Assembly (NCBI GenBank): GCA_937864225.1
Contig: CALMJK010000005.1
Location: 456,212-520,211 of the forward strand
Length of the DNA: 64,000 nucleotides
DNA from: an uncultured bacterium
GTDB lineage: Bacteria > Krumholzibacteriota > Krumholzibacteriia > LZORAL124-64-63
Reading direction: 5' to 3'
Below are positions 44,648-53,573 of the stretch, piece after piece. The notes beneath the pieces are model-generated. The model did no database searches. It worked only from the letters and a program-made list of their open reading frames with translations, and was not told the DNA's origin. The translations under genes were made by a program, and so were the position numbers. The stretch's first letter is position 1; every line of letters starts with the position of its first letter.

Positions 44648-45598
44648 ATGGCTGTCACTCTGCAACAGCTCACGAAGCACGACGACCTCCTGGCCGGCGG
44701 TCACCGCGCCTGCGCCGGCTGCACGGGGGCCAACATCCTGCGCCAGGTCTTGCTGACCGCGGGCCGGGACACGGTCCTGGGCTGCGCCACCGGCTGCATG
44801 GAAGTCATCACCACGATCTATCCGTACACGGCGTGGCGGATCCCGTTCATCCACAGCGCTTTCGAGAATTCCGCGGCCACGGTTTCCGGCGCGGAGACGG
44901 CTTTCCGCGCGCTCAAGAAGCGGGGTGAGCTGCCCGTGGCCCGCGAGCGGATCAATTTCATCGCCATGGGCGGCGACGGCGGCACCTACGACATCGGCCT
45001 GCAGTCGCTTTCTGGCGCGATGGAGCGCGGTCACAACATGGTCTACATCTGCTACGACAACGAGGCCTACATGAACACCGGCATCCAGCGGTCGAGCGCG
45101 ACGCCCTTCGGCGCCCACACCTCGACGGCCCCGGCCGGGAAGGTCAGGCAGGGCAAGGAGCAGCATCGCAAGGACCTGACGCGCATCATGGTCGCGCACA
45201 ACATCCCCTATGCCGCGCAGACCACGCCCTTCCACTGGCGCGATCTGGCCGCCAAGGTGCAGAAGGCGCTCGACACGCCCGGTCCCGCGTTCATCAACGT
45301 GTTGATGCCGTGCACGGTGGGTTGGCACTTCGAGATGGCGCTGGGCATGGAGATGGCGCGCATCGCCGTCGAGACCAATTTCTGGCCGCTGTTCGAGGTC
45401 GAGAACGGGCAGTACAAGCTCAACCACAAGCCCAAGCAGCGGACGCCCATCGTCGAGTGGCTCAAGGCGCAAGGGCGGTTCAAGCACCTGTTCAAACCGG
45501 GCAACGAGGCGATCATCGAGGAACTGCAGCGCCGCGTGGACGCTGATTGGGAGAAGCTCCTGCGCGAAGCGGGCGAGCCGGCCGCCACGCCGGCCTGA
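44648..45598 (+). CDS. porB: Pyruvate/2-oxoacid:ferredoxin oxidoreductase beta subunit (TPP-binding)
   Basis: ACAGC, ATGC, GGDGGTYDIG, DNEAYMNTG.QRS, PC..GW. Confidence 0.93.
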   Translation: MAVTLQQLTKHDDLLAGGHRACAGCTGANILRQVLLTAGRDTVLGCATGCMEVITTIYPYTAWRIPFIHSAFENSAATVSGAETAFRALKKRGELPVARERINFIAMGGDGGTYDIGLQSLSGAMERGHNMVYICYDNEAYMNTGIQRSSATPFGAHTSTAPAGKVRQGKEQHRKDLTRIMVAHNIPYAAQTTPFHWRDLAAKVQKALDTPGPAFINVLMPCTVGWHFEMALGMEMARIAVETNFWPLFEVENGQYKLNHKPKQRTPIVEWLKAQGRFKHLFKPGNEAIIEELQRRVDADWEKLLREAGEPAATPA

Positions 45599-45618
45599 CC
45601 CCCGGAGCGCCCTTGGTC

Positions 45619-45669
45619 GCCGTGGACGAGAGCCCTGCCGCCGCCGGCGGTCGGGCTGTCGTCCGCGGC
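45619..45669 (+). terminator. Long interrupted hairpin after porB
   Basis: Nested stems GCCGTGGACGA/TCGTCCGCGGC, AGCCC/GGGCT and GCCGCC/GGCGGT; no U tract. Confidence 0.45.
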
Positions 45670-45704
45670 CGTGCTCGTGTCGGTTTCAACGGGAGGTCGT
45701 TGTT

Positions 45705-47585
45705 TTGAAACGCATCGTCTTGCTTCGCGGCGCGATCGTCGCGCTCCTGTCGTGCTCGGCGGTCGTCGCCGCGTCGGCGGCGTCGAAGACGCCCATCGCG
45801 AGCCTGGACGACCTGCCCCGGCACGCGTACAAGATCGAGGGCACCGTCAGCGCTCTGCTCGCCGACGACGTCGCGTTCGGCGATTTCTGCGCGCGCGTGC
45901 GGGCGGACGTCGAGTCCGACCTCGCCACGTACGAGATCGGCGACAAGTCGGCGATGCAGCGCCTGCTCAACACGCTGCTCTCGCTCGACATGCTGGACGG
46001 GCGCGACGACGACGCGTTGAGTCGCGTGGAAGCCGTGCGCGCGTTGGAGGACAAGGAGGCGACGCGCCTGACCATGGGTCTGGTGGCGAGATCCTGGATC
46101 GCGACCAAGCGCGCGACCCAGACAGACGCGGCGCACCCGGCTTTCCGCACCACATTCCGCTTGGCGATGGACCGGGAACTGGCCGCTCTGCCCGCCGAAC
46201 TGGTGCGCGACCACATCCAATCCCAGAAGGGGCGCCTGGAGCTGATGAGTCCGGCGTTGATCCTGGGCTCGGTGCAGAGCCACCTCGACCCCGTGGTCGC
46301 GGCCGCGGGCGAGGTGAGTTCCGATCTGGCCGGCCAGATCATCGGCATGGGCGCGGCGATGCGCACGGTGCTTCCCTTGAAGGACGAACTGGTGGCGGCC
46401 TATGCCGCGTTCCTGGCCGCCGGCGTGGAGACGGTGGAGGACATCTGGGCCGCTCGCGACGTATCCCTGGAGGGGCGATCGGATCTGACGGCCGTCACGA
46501 TCGCGATCTGGGACTCCGGCGTGGATGTTGACGTGTTCGCCGGCCGGCTGTTCACCAACGCGGCGGAGACGCCGGACGGACGCGACGACGACGGAAACGG
46601 CTTCGTGGACGACGTCCACGGCATCGCCTGGGACTACGAGGGCCTGGCGTCGCCGGAACTCCTGCATCCGCTGGGGGACCAGACGGGTCGTCTCGAAACG
46701 GCCATGCAGTCGATGAAGGGCTACACGGACCTGACATCGGGCATCGAAAGCCCGGAGGTCGCCGTGCTGCGGGCGCGGATGGGCGGCATGTCCCCCGAAG
46801 AGGTCGGGCCGTTCATGGAATCGCTCAGCTTCGCCGGCTTGCACGCGCACGGGACCCACGTCGCGGGCATCGCGCTGGCCGGCAATCCGGCGGCGCAGGT
46901 GCTCGTGGCGCGGATCGCCTTCGACTACCATGCGCTCCCCAGGCCGCTCACGCGCGAGTCGGTGCTGCGCCACGCCGAGTCGTACGCGCGCGCGGTCGAG
47001 TATTTCAAAGCCCACGGCGTGCGGGGCGTGAACATGAGCTGGGGCTGGTCCCTGAAGGAGATCGAGTCGATCCTCGAGGCGAACAACCTCGGCGGCGACG
47101 CGCAGCAGCGGGCGGCGCTGGCCGCGGAACTGCTGGGCATTCTGCGCGACGCGATGAGGCAGGCGATGGCCTCCGCGCCGGAGATCCTGTTCGTGGCGGC
47201 CGCCGGCAATGAGGACAACGACGTGGATTTCGATCAATCGATTCCGGGTTGCATCGACCTGCCCAATCTGCTGATGGTCGGCGCCGTCAACCAGGCGGGC
47301 CGCAGGACCGGATTCACGAGCAGCGGGCGCAACGTGCAGGTCTACGCCAACGGGTTCGAAGTCGAGAGCTTCGTGCCGGGCGGACAGCGCATGAAATTGT
47401 CGGGCACCTCGATGGCTTCGCCCAACGCGCTCAATCTGGCGGCCAAGCTCTGGGCGCTGCGCCCGGACCTGACGCCGGAGCAGGTGATCGATCTGATCAA
47501 GCGCGGCGCCGACGCCGTGGAGGGGCAAACACAGCTGCGCCTGCTGAATCCGCAGGCGACCGTGGAGTTGTTGGCACAGGGCTGA
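45705..47585 (+). CDS. Secreted S8 (subtilisin-like) serine peptidase
   Basis: Signal peptide; IWDSGVD, HGTHVAG, AAGN, SGTSMASP; DDDGNGFVDD calcium loop. Confidence 0.92.
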   Translation: MKRIVLLRGAIVALLSCSAVVAASAASKTPIASLDDLPRHAYKIEGTVSALLADDVAFGDFCARVRADVESDLATYEIGDKSAMQRLLNTLLSLDMLDGRDDDALSRVEAVRALEDKEATRLTMGLVARSWIATKRATQTDAAHPAFRTTFRLAMDRELAALPAELVRDHIQSQKGRLELMSPALILGSVQSHLDPVVAAAGEVSSDLAGQIIGMGAAMRTVLPLKDELVAAYAAFLAAGVETVEDIWAARDVSLEGRSDLTAVTIAIWDSGVDVDVFAGRLFTNAAETPDGRDDDGNGFVDDVHGIAWDYEGLASPELLHPLGDQTGRLETAMQSMKGYTDLTSGIESPEVAVLRARMGGMSPEEVGPFMESLSFAGLHAHGTHVAGIALAGNPAAQVLVARIAFDYHALPRPLTRESVLRHAESYARAVEYFKAHGVRGVNMSWGWSLKEIESILEANNLGGDAQQRAALAAELLGILRDAMRQAMASAPEILFVAAAGNEDNDVDFDQSIPGCIDLPNLLMVGAVNQAGRRTGFTSSGRNVQVYANGFEVESFVPGGQRMKLSGTSMASPNALNLAAKLWALRPDLTPEQVIDLIKRGADAVEGQTQLRLLNPQATVELLAQG

Positions 47586-47623
47586 GCGGGTTGCCCGTCC
47601 GCAGCGGGCCATTCGTCTCCGCG

Positions 47624-47664
47624 CGGCGCGGGGCGCGCCCGAGGGCTCGCCCCGCGCCGGTTTT
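47624..47664 (+). terminator. Intrinsic terminator after the S8 peptidase
   Basis: 12-bp stem CGGCGCGGGGCG/CGCCCCGCGCCG with a short inner stem, followed by GTTTT. Confidence 0.6.
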
Positions 47665-47712
47665 GGCGCCGGCGCTGGACAACGGGACCGGGTCGGCCTA
47701 CTGTCGGTCACC

Positions 47713-48297
47713 ATGAAGATCGCATTCATCGGCGCCCACGGCGTCGGCAAGACCACGCTCTGCTTCGAACTGGCGGCCTGCCTGAAACGGCTCGACCTGA
47801 GCGTCGACGTCGTGAAGGAGGTCGCCCGGGCGTGCCCGCTGCCGATCAACCGCGACACGAACGTCGCGGCGCAATCGTGGATCCTGCACACGCAAGTGGC
47901 GCGCGAGATCGAGCTAGCGGCGCGTTACGAGGCGATCGTCTGTGATCGGTCGGTCGTGGACAATTACGCCTACCTCGTGCACGCGGCCGGCCGCCGCGCC
48001 GAATTGGAGCCGCTGCTGCGCCACTGGATGGGCACCTACACGCTCCTGGTGAAGGTCCCGGTCATCAAGCCTCCCAGCTTCGACGGCACCCGCGACATGT
48101 CGGTGGACTTCCAAAACGCCATCGACCACACCATCGACGAATTGCTCGATGCCTTCGGGCTGGCTCGCCTGAGCCTCGGCTCGCGCGACCGGGACGGCTG
48201 GATCGAGGCCGTGCTGGGACGGCTCGGCCTGCCGCTGCATCCCCCGCAGTTGGACCTGTTCAACCAGGCGGGGCGGCGCCGGCGGGCGGGGCGCTGA
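47713..48297 (+). CDS. P-loop nucleotide-kinase-fold protein (NadR/Ttd14 AAA_28-like)
   Basis: MKIAFIGAHGVGKTT, EVAR, CDRSVVDNYAY, DGTR lid. Confidence 0.8.
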   Translation: MKIAFIGAHGVGKTTLCFELAACLKRLDLSVDVVKEVARACPLPINRDTNVAAQSWILHTQVAREIELAARYEAIVCDRSVVDNYAYLVHAAGRRAELEPLLRHWMGTYTLLVKVPVIKPPSFDGTRDMSVDFQNAIDHTIDELLDAFGLARLSLGSRDRDGWIEAVLGRLGLPLHPPQLDLFNQAGRRRRAGR

Positions 48298-48319
48298 CGG
48301 GGCTGCCCCGGCGAAATCA

Positions 48320-48370
48320 GATCAGACTATTTTAATCCCGTTATCGGGTCAATTTGGCGCGAATTATGCA
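48320..48370 (+). promoter_or_regulatory. sigma54-type promoter with an upstream AT-rich, IHF-like site
   Basis: TGGCGC-GAATT-ATGCA (48355-48370, GG-N10-GC); GATCAG-ACTA-TTT (48320-48332) partly matches WATCAR-N4-TTR. Confidence 0.55.
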
Positions 48371-48511
48371 GTTACGCTCCCACCGACGCCCGCTGGCGGC
48401 CCGCCGCGCCGACCCGGACTTGCGGCCGCCGCGCGGCGGTCCGACATTGCAACCGCTGCCTTGCCGCGGGAACCGCGCCCGGTCCCGCCGCCCTCCGGGA
48501 GAACGACCGCC

Positions 48512-49393
48512 TTGCACACTGCAACCCTGCGCGTCATGACGTTCAACCTGCTCACCTCCACGCAGCTGCGCCGGAGCCATCCGTGGCGTCTGCGCAAACG
48601 CGGCATCGCCCGGATCTTCCGGCACTACGGGCCGGACGTGGTCGGCACGCAGGAAGCGAATCTGCCGCAATTGCTCGAACTGGCCGAGCTGCTGCCCGAA
48701 TACGATTTCGTGGGCGAGGGGAACCTGGCCCACACCGATCTCTCCGGCTCCCTGCGCGACTGGTACTGCGCGATCTTCTACCGGCGCGACCGCGTGCGTC
48801 CGGCCGAAGGCGAGAGCGACACCTGGTGGCTGTCGCCCACGCCGGCCGTGCCGGCGTCTCGCTTCCTCCTCGGCACGCGGCCCCGCGTGGTGACGTGGCA
48901 CAGCTTCGAATTGATTCCCGCCGGGCGCGAATTCGTCATGGGCACGACCCACCTCGAGGCCTTCAACGGCCTGACGCGCCGGCGCAGCGCGACCCTCCTG
49001 CGCGATTACGTGACCGACCGGGTGCGCCGCCTGGGCGCCGGCACGCCTCTGTTCCTGACCGGAGATTTCAACGCCGTCGCGAATTCGCCCGAGATCCGCG
49101 CCCTGTTCGGGGCGCATCGCCCCGGCGTGCCGCTCTTCGACGCGTGGCGCGAGGCGGGTCCCGCCGACCCCGACGCGGGCGCGACGTTCCGCGGCCTGGG
49201 CCGGTGGCGAGGCGTCAAGCGCGCCATGTTGGGACCGCGCCGGATCGACTATGTCTTCTACCGGCCACGCCTGGAGGTCGCCCGCGTGGAGCGGGTCGAT
49301 TTCGACCGCCTGATCGGACACGAGCGGGCGCGACCCTCGGATCATTTCCCCGTCGTCGCCGATTTCCGGCTATCCGGCGCGCTCCAGGCCTGA
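48512..49393 (+). CDS. Endonuclease/exonuclease/phosphatase (EEP) family protein
   Basis: LRVMTFN, PDVVGTQE, TTHL, LTGDFN, RIDYVF, PSDHFPV. Start uncertain (48461, 48512 or 48536). Confidence 0.88.
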   Translation: MHTATLRVMTFNLLTSTQLRRSHPWRLRKRGIARIFRHYGPDVVGTQEANLPQLLELAELLPEYDFVGEGNLAHTDLSGSLRDWYCAIFYRRDRVRPAEGESDTWWLSPTPAVPASRFLLGTRPRVVTWHSFELIPAGREFVMGTTHLEAFNGLTRRRSATLLRDYVTDRVRRLGAGTPLFLTGDFNAVANSPEIRALFGAHRPGVPLFDAWREAGPADPDAGATFRGLGRWRGVKRAMLGPRRIDYVFYRPRLEVARVERVDFDRLIGHERARPSDHFPVVADFRLSGALQA

Positions 49394-49519
49394 ATCCGGC
49401 CGTCCGTCCCCCTGCCGGCGACCGGCGGCGCGCTGGGCTCTTGCGCTTCCCCGCGCGCGGGCTAAGATGTGCGCGAAACGATTGAGCGACGGCCTCGAGG
49501 CTTGTGCGAGGAGGAGCGC

Positions 49520-49882
49520 ATGGAGACAGGCAAGACACGCGCCGACAATGGCAACCTCTGGCCCCCGGAAATCAAGGCCTTGCCCAAGGTCGTCGTGCCG
49601 GTGTCCGGAGTCACCGGACATTGTCTCAGGGACGGCACCCGGCAGATCGTCTTCTTCGAGATCGATGAGGGCACTTCCTTTCCCGACCACAGCCACTGCG
49701 CGCAGTGGGGGACGGTCGTGGCGGGAGAGCTGACCCTCGAGGTCGGGGGCCAGGTGGAACTGTTCGGGCCCGGCGACACCTATCACATCCCGGAGGGAGC
49801 CAAGCACCGCGCCTCCTTCAGCAAGCGCACGTATCTCATCGATTTCTTCGGCGCGCCCGATCGGTACCCGGTCCAGGCGTAG
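49520..49882 (+). CDS. Cupin domain protein
   Basis: PDHSH..QWG, PGDTYHIPEGAKH; GGAGG RBS; TTGCGC-16-TAAGAT promoter-like motif at 49441-49468. Confidence 0.85.
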   Translation: METGKTRADNGNLWPPEIKALPKVVVPVSGVTGHCLRDGTRQIVFFEIDEGTSFPDHSHCAQWGTVVAGELTLEVGGQVELFGPGDTYHIPEGAKHRASFSKRTYLIDFFGAPDRYPVQA

Positions 49883-49904
49883 CGCCGCCACGGAGAGGCC
49901 CGTC

Positions 49905-51095
49905 ATGAGCACCGACCCAGGCGGGCGGGCGCGTTTGCGCACGCGCGTCGTCCACCACTCGCCGGCCGCGCCGGCCTCGGAACCGGTCTCCACCGCCCTC
50001 TACCAGAGCGCCACCTTCCGCCTGCAGGATGCCGCCACGGGCGGGCGCTACGCCGAGACGGTGCAGCCGACGGCGTTCTACACGCGCTGGGGCAACCCCA
50101 CGACCGAAGTGTGGGAGAAGGCCGTGGCCGACGCCGAAGGGGGCGAGCGCGCCCTGGCGTTCGCTTCGGGCATGGCGGCCATCAGCACCAGCCTGTTGGC
50201 CTGCCTCGAGCCCGGCGATCACGTCGTCGCGGCGGACTCCCTCTACGCCGCCACCATCGAGCTCCTCAATCGCGATCTGCGCGCCCTGGGCGTCGAGGTC
50301 GATTTCGTGGATCCGCGCGACCCCGACGCCTTCGCCCGCGCCACGCGACCGCGCACGCGCCTCTACTATGTCGAGACGCCGGACAATCCCAAGCTGGTCC
50401 TGACGGACATCGCCGCCGTGGCGGCCGCGGCGCGCGCGCGCGGGATCCTCCTGTTCGCCGACAACACCTTCGCCTCGCCCATCAACCAGAACCCGCTCGC
50501 GCTGGGGGCGGACCTCGTGCTGCACAGCGCGACGAAGTACCTCTCGGGACATTCCGACGTGGTGGCCGGGGTCGCCGTGGGCGGGCAGGAGCTGATCGAG
50601 CGCATCTGGCGCAAGCAGAAGGTGCTGGGCGGCTGCCTGGATCCCTTCGCCGCCTGGCTCCTGCTGCGCGGCATGAAGACGCTGGCGGTCCGCGTCGAGC
50701 GCCACAACGAGAACGCCCTCGCCGTCGCACGCTTCCTGGCCGCTCACCCGGCGGTCGAGCGGGTGCACTACCCGGGCCTGCCCGAGCACCCCCAGCACGC
50801 CTTGGCGGCGCGCCAGATGCGGGGATTCGGCGGCATGGTCGGGTGCGAGCTGCGCGGCGGCCGTCAAGCGGGTCTGCGCCTCGTGGAGTCGACCCGGTTG
50901 ATGGTGCTGGCGGTCAGTCTCGGCGGCGTCGAGACGCTGATCGAACACGCGGCGTCGATGACGCACGGGCCGCTCAGCGACGAAGAACTGGCGCGAGCCG
51001 GCGTCGCGCCGGGCCTCGTCCGCATCTCGGTCGGCATCGAGGACGCGGACGACCTCACCGCCGATCTCGCGCAGGCGCTGGCGCGCTGCCGTTGA
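49905..51095 (+). CDS. Cys/Met metabolism PLP enzyme (methionine gamma-lyase / cystathionine gamma-synthase family)
   Basis: YTRWGNPT, SGMAAI, ETPDNP, DNTF, HSATKYLSGHSD, VSLGGVETL, RISVGIED. Confidence 0.92.
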   Translation: MSTDPGGRARLRTRVVHHSPAAPASEPVSTALYQSATFRLQDAATGGRYAETVQPTAFYTRWGNPTTEVWEKAVADAEGGERALAFASGMAAISTSLLACLEPGDHVVAADSLYAATIELLNRDLRALGVEVDFVDPRDPDAFARATRPRTRLYYVETPDNPKLVLTDIAAVAAAARARGILLFADNTFASPINQNPLALGADLVLHSATKYLSGHSDVVAGVAVGGQELIERIWRKQKVLGGCLDPFAAWLLLRGMKTLAVRVERHNENALAVARFLAAHPAVERVHYPGLPEHPQHALAARQMRGFGGMVGCELRGGRQAGLRLVESTRLMVLAVSLGGVETLIEHAASMTHGPLSDEELARAGVAPGLVRISVGIEDADDLTADLAQALARCR

Positions 51096-52701
51096 TCGGC
51101 GCCGCGAGGCGGCCGTCTCCCTCGATGAGGCGAAACACTTCCCACTGGGGGTCGACGAGGATCGCGGACGGCCGGGGATCCACCGGCAGGCGCCAGGTCG
51201 CCTCGGTATGGTCCATTACGACCCAGACGGCGGGGGCCGAGCTGCCGGCCGGCTGGATCGGCAGCCGCAGAGGCCAGGGCGAGCGCTGCCGAAGGCCGCG
51301 GGACGTCGGGCGCGAGACCAGCTGCGCGACGGTCAGACGCACTTCCCGCCGGGAGCGATCGTAGCCTGCTTCGCGGATTTCGAAGCGGGGGGCGCCGGTC
51401 TGCTCGAGCCAGGCTCCGAACAGCGGCGCGAGCCGGGTGTCGCCCGGCACGGCCAAACAGGCGTACACGTCCGCCCAGGTGGCCGCCGCGCCGCGCCGTC
51501 GCGCCAGCAATTCCCGCCAGCCCGCGTGGAAACGCTCCGCTCCCACCTCGCGCCTGAGCGCCAGCTGGAAGAAGAGGCCCTTGCCGTAGGTGAGGGGAGC
51601 CGAGGCCGGATCGGCGGCGGGGCAATCCGCCAGCGGCACGTCGCGCGGCCCCCCGGCCAGCTGGGTGAACTGCCAGAGCAGACCGTGCCTGAAGGTCGCC
51701 GCGGCCGCCGGGTCGGCATGGGCGCGCAGGTCGTGGTCGGCCAGCAGCGCGCATAGACCCTCGCTCCAGTCTCCTTGCGCGGGCGCGCGCACGGCCAACC
51801 CGAACCAGCCGTGCAACAGCTCGTGCAGCAGCGCCACGTCGGCCGCCAGACTCGTGTCCGCGCGCGCCGAGGCCGGCAGCTCGATCAATCCCGGCCAGCT
51901 GCGGGGCGCCGCGGCCGGATCGGCGTCCGCCACCACGAGCAAGCGTTGCCAGGGCCAGGGTCCCCAGGCGCGCTCGGCCCAGGCCAACAGACGCAGCGCG
52001 CGTCGCGCCAGCGGGCCGGCGTCGGCCCCCGGCTCCGCCGCCAGACAGGCCAACGCGGTGGCGTCGCCCGCCGTGGACGCGCGCCACGGCAGCGGACCGT
52101 CGCGCGAGACCACAAGACATGGGCAGACGCAGGGCAGGGGCACGGCGACGACCGCGCCGCCGGCCTCGTCGTCGACGGCCCGGCCCGCGCCCCCCACGGA
52201 CGCGGGGTCGCAGCCCGGCAGCTCGATCACCCACCAGGGGGCCGCGCCGGGCGCGATAGGCAGGCAGCCCTGCCGCGGGTCCAGACGCAGGGCCCACGGG
52301 TCGGGGGCAGGCGGCGCGCCGTGGTAGCTGACGGTGAACCGGACCCTGGGCCGCTCAGCGGCGCCCGCCGCGGGAGGAGGCAGCGGCACGATCACGCGGC
52401 GGGCGGCGGCCTGGCCGGCCGCCGGCGGCGCGGTCTGCTCGCTCCAGGCGAGCGGGCCCGTCGTGCCGCGGACACTGTCGACGCCGAAATCCACCCCCAG
52501 CAGGAAGGCCGCCTCCGCGCCGGCGGCGGACGCGGCGTAGCTCAGCCGCGCGGTGGCGAAGAGCTGGCCGCTTCGCAGCTCGACGCGCACGCGCACCGAA
52601 TCGGGGTTCGTGCGCGGCAGCGCGGCGCCGGCCGACGCCGCCCAGGCCACGGTCAGGCCGGCCGCCAGCCAGGTCAGCTTCGCCAGACGGTTTCTTCGCA
52701 T
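51055..52701 (-). CDS. Exported M1-like gluzincin metallopeptidase
   Basis: Signal peptide; HELLHGWFG followed by WSEGL, YGKG, and LFGAWLEQTGAP. Confidence 0.8.
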   Translation of the reverse strand: MRRNRLAKLTWLAAGLTVAWAASAGAALPRTNPDSVRVRVELRSGQLFATARLSYAASAAGAEAAFLLGVDFGVDSVRGTTGPLAWSEQTAPPAAGQAAARRVIVPLPPPAAGAAERPRVRFTVSYHGAPPAPDPWALRLDPRQGCLPIAPGAAPWWVIELPGCDPASVGGAGRAVDDEAGGAVVAVPLPCVCPCLVVSRDGPLPWRASTAGDATALACLAAEPGADAGPLARRALRLLAWAERAWGPWPWQRLLVVADADPAAAPRSWPGLIELPASARADTSLAADVALLHELLHGWFGLAVRAPAQGDWSEGLCALLADHDLRAHADPAAAATFRHGLLWQFTQLAGGPRDVPLADCPAADPASAPLTYGKGLFFQLALRREVGAERFHAGWRELLARRRGAAATWADVYACLAVPGDTRLAPLFGAWLEQTGAPRFEIREAGYDRSRREVRLTVAQLVSRPTSRGLRQRSPWPLRLPIQPAGSSAPAVWVVMDHTEATWRLPVDPRPSAILVDPQWEVFRLIEGDGRLAAPINGSAPAPARDRR

Positions 52702-52913
52702 CGACGCTTCGCCTCGCTGTGAGGGGGGGCATGCCGCGCGCGTGGCCGCCAGCCTAAGCCGAGGTCGCCCGCCTGTCCACGCCGCGCTCGACCGCGGGCG
52801 CGTCGCGCCGCGGACCGCGCCGGCCGGGCGAGGCACCGCTGGCGTTTTTGCCCACGCTGGTGCTAGCCTCGACGGCGCGCGGGCGCGGCGCAAGCGCCAC
52901 GCGGGGGGTTGGC

Positions 52914-53573
52914 ATGACCGGCGGAACGGGATACTTCGCGCGACCTCGGCCCGAAATGGTGCCGTTCGTGCCTCCGGGCAGCCGCCGCATTCTCGAGGTG
53001 GGCTGCGGGCAGGGCGTGTTCGGCGCCCGGTTGCGCGCGGAGTTGGGGGCGCAGGTGTGGGGGATCGAACTGGATCCGCTGGCGGCCGCCATGGCGGCCG
53101 AACGTCTCGACCGCGTCCTGGTGGGCGATGCCTGCGCGCTGTCCGACACGCTCCCCGACGCGTTCTTCGACTGCGTCGTGCTCAACGACCTGCTCGAGCA
53201 CCTCGTCCAGCCCGAGTCCTTGCTGGCCCGCCTGCGGCCGAAGCTCGCGCCCGCCGGATGCGTCGTCGCGTCGCTGCCCAACGTGCGGCATTTCGCGAAT
53301 CTCTGGAATCTGGTCGTGAAGGGGGAATGGCGCTACGCGGACGAGGGGATTCTCGACCGCACGCACTTGCGCTTCTACACGCGGCGCAGCCTGCCCGTCC
53401 TCTTCGCCGCGGCAGGCTATTCCCTGGAAAGGGTGCAGGGCATCACGCCCACCCGCTCCTGGAAGTTCAGGATCTGCAACCTGCTCGCCCTCGGCCGGCT
53501 GGGCGAGACGCGCTGGCTGCAGTTCGCCTGCGTGGCCTTGCCCGCGCAGCCGCCGCCGGAGCGCCCCGCATGA
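52914..53573 (+). CDS. Class I SAM-dependent methyltransferase (glycan-associated type)
   Basis: LEVGCGQG, FDCVVLNDLLEHL, SLPN, GILDRTHLRFYT. Confidence 0.88.
   Translation: MTGGTGYFARPRPEMVPFVPPGSRRILEVGCGQGVFGARLRAELGAQVWGIELDPLAAAMAAERLDRVLVGDACALSDTLPDAFFDCVVLNDLLEHLVQPESLLARLRPKLAPAGCVVASLPNVRHFANLWNLVVKGEWRYADEGILDRTHLRFYTRRSLPVLFAAAGYSLERVQGITPTRSWKFRICNLLALGRLGETRWLQFACVALPAQPPPERPA

Noticed and set aside
51055..51095. Convergent 3' overlaps (PLP lyase with M1 peptidase; also 9724-9782)
   Set aside because: Short tail-to-tail overlaps are common in GC-rich genomes where stop codons are rare.
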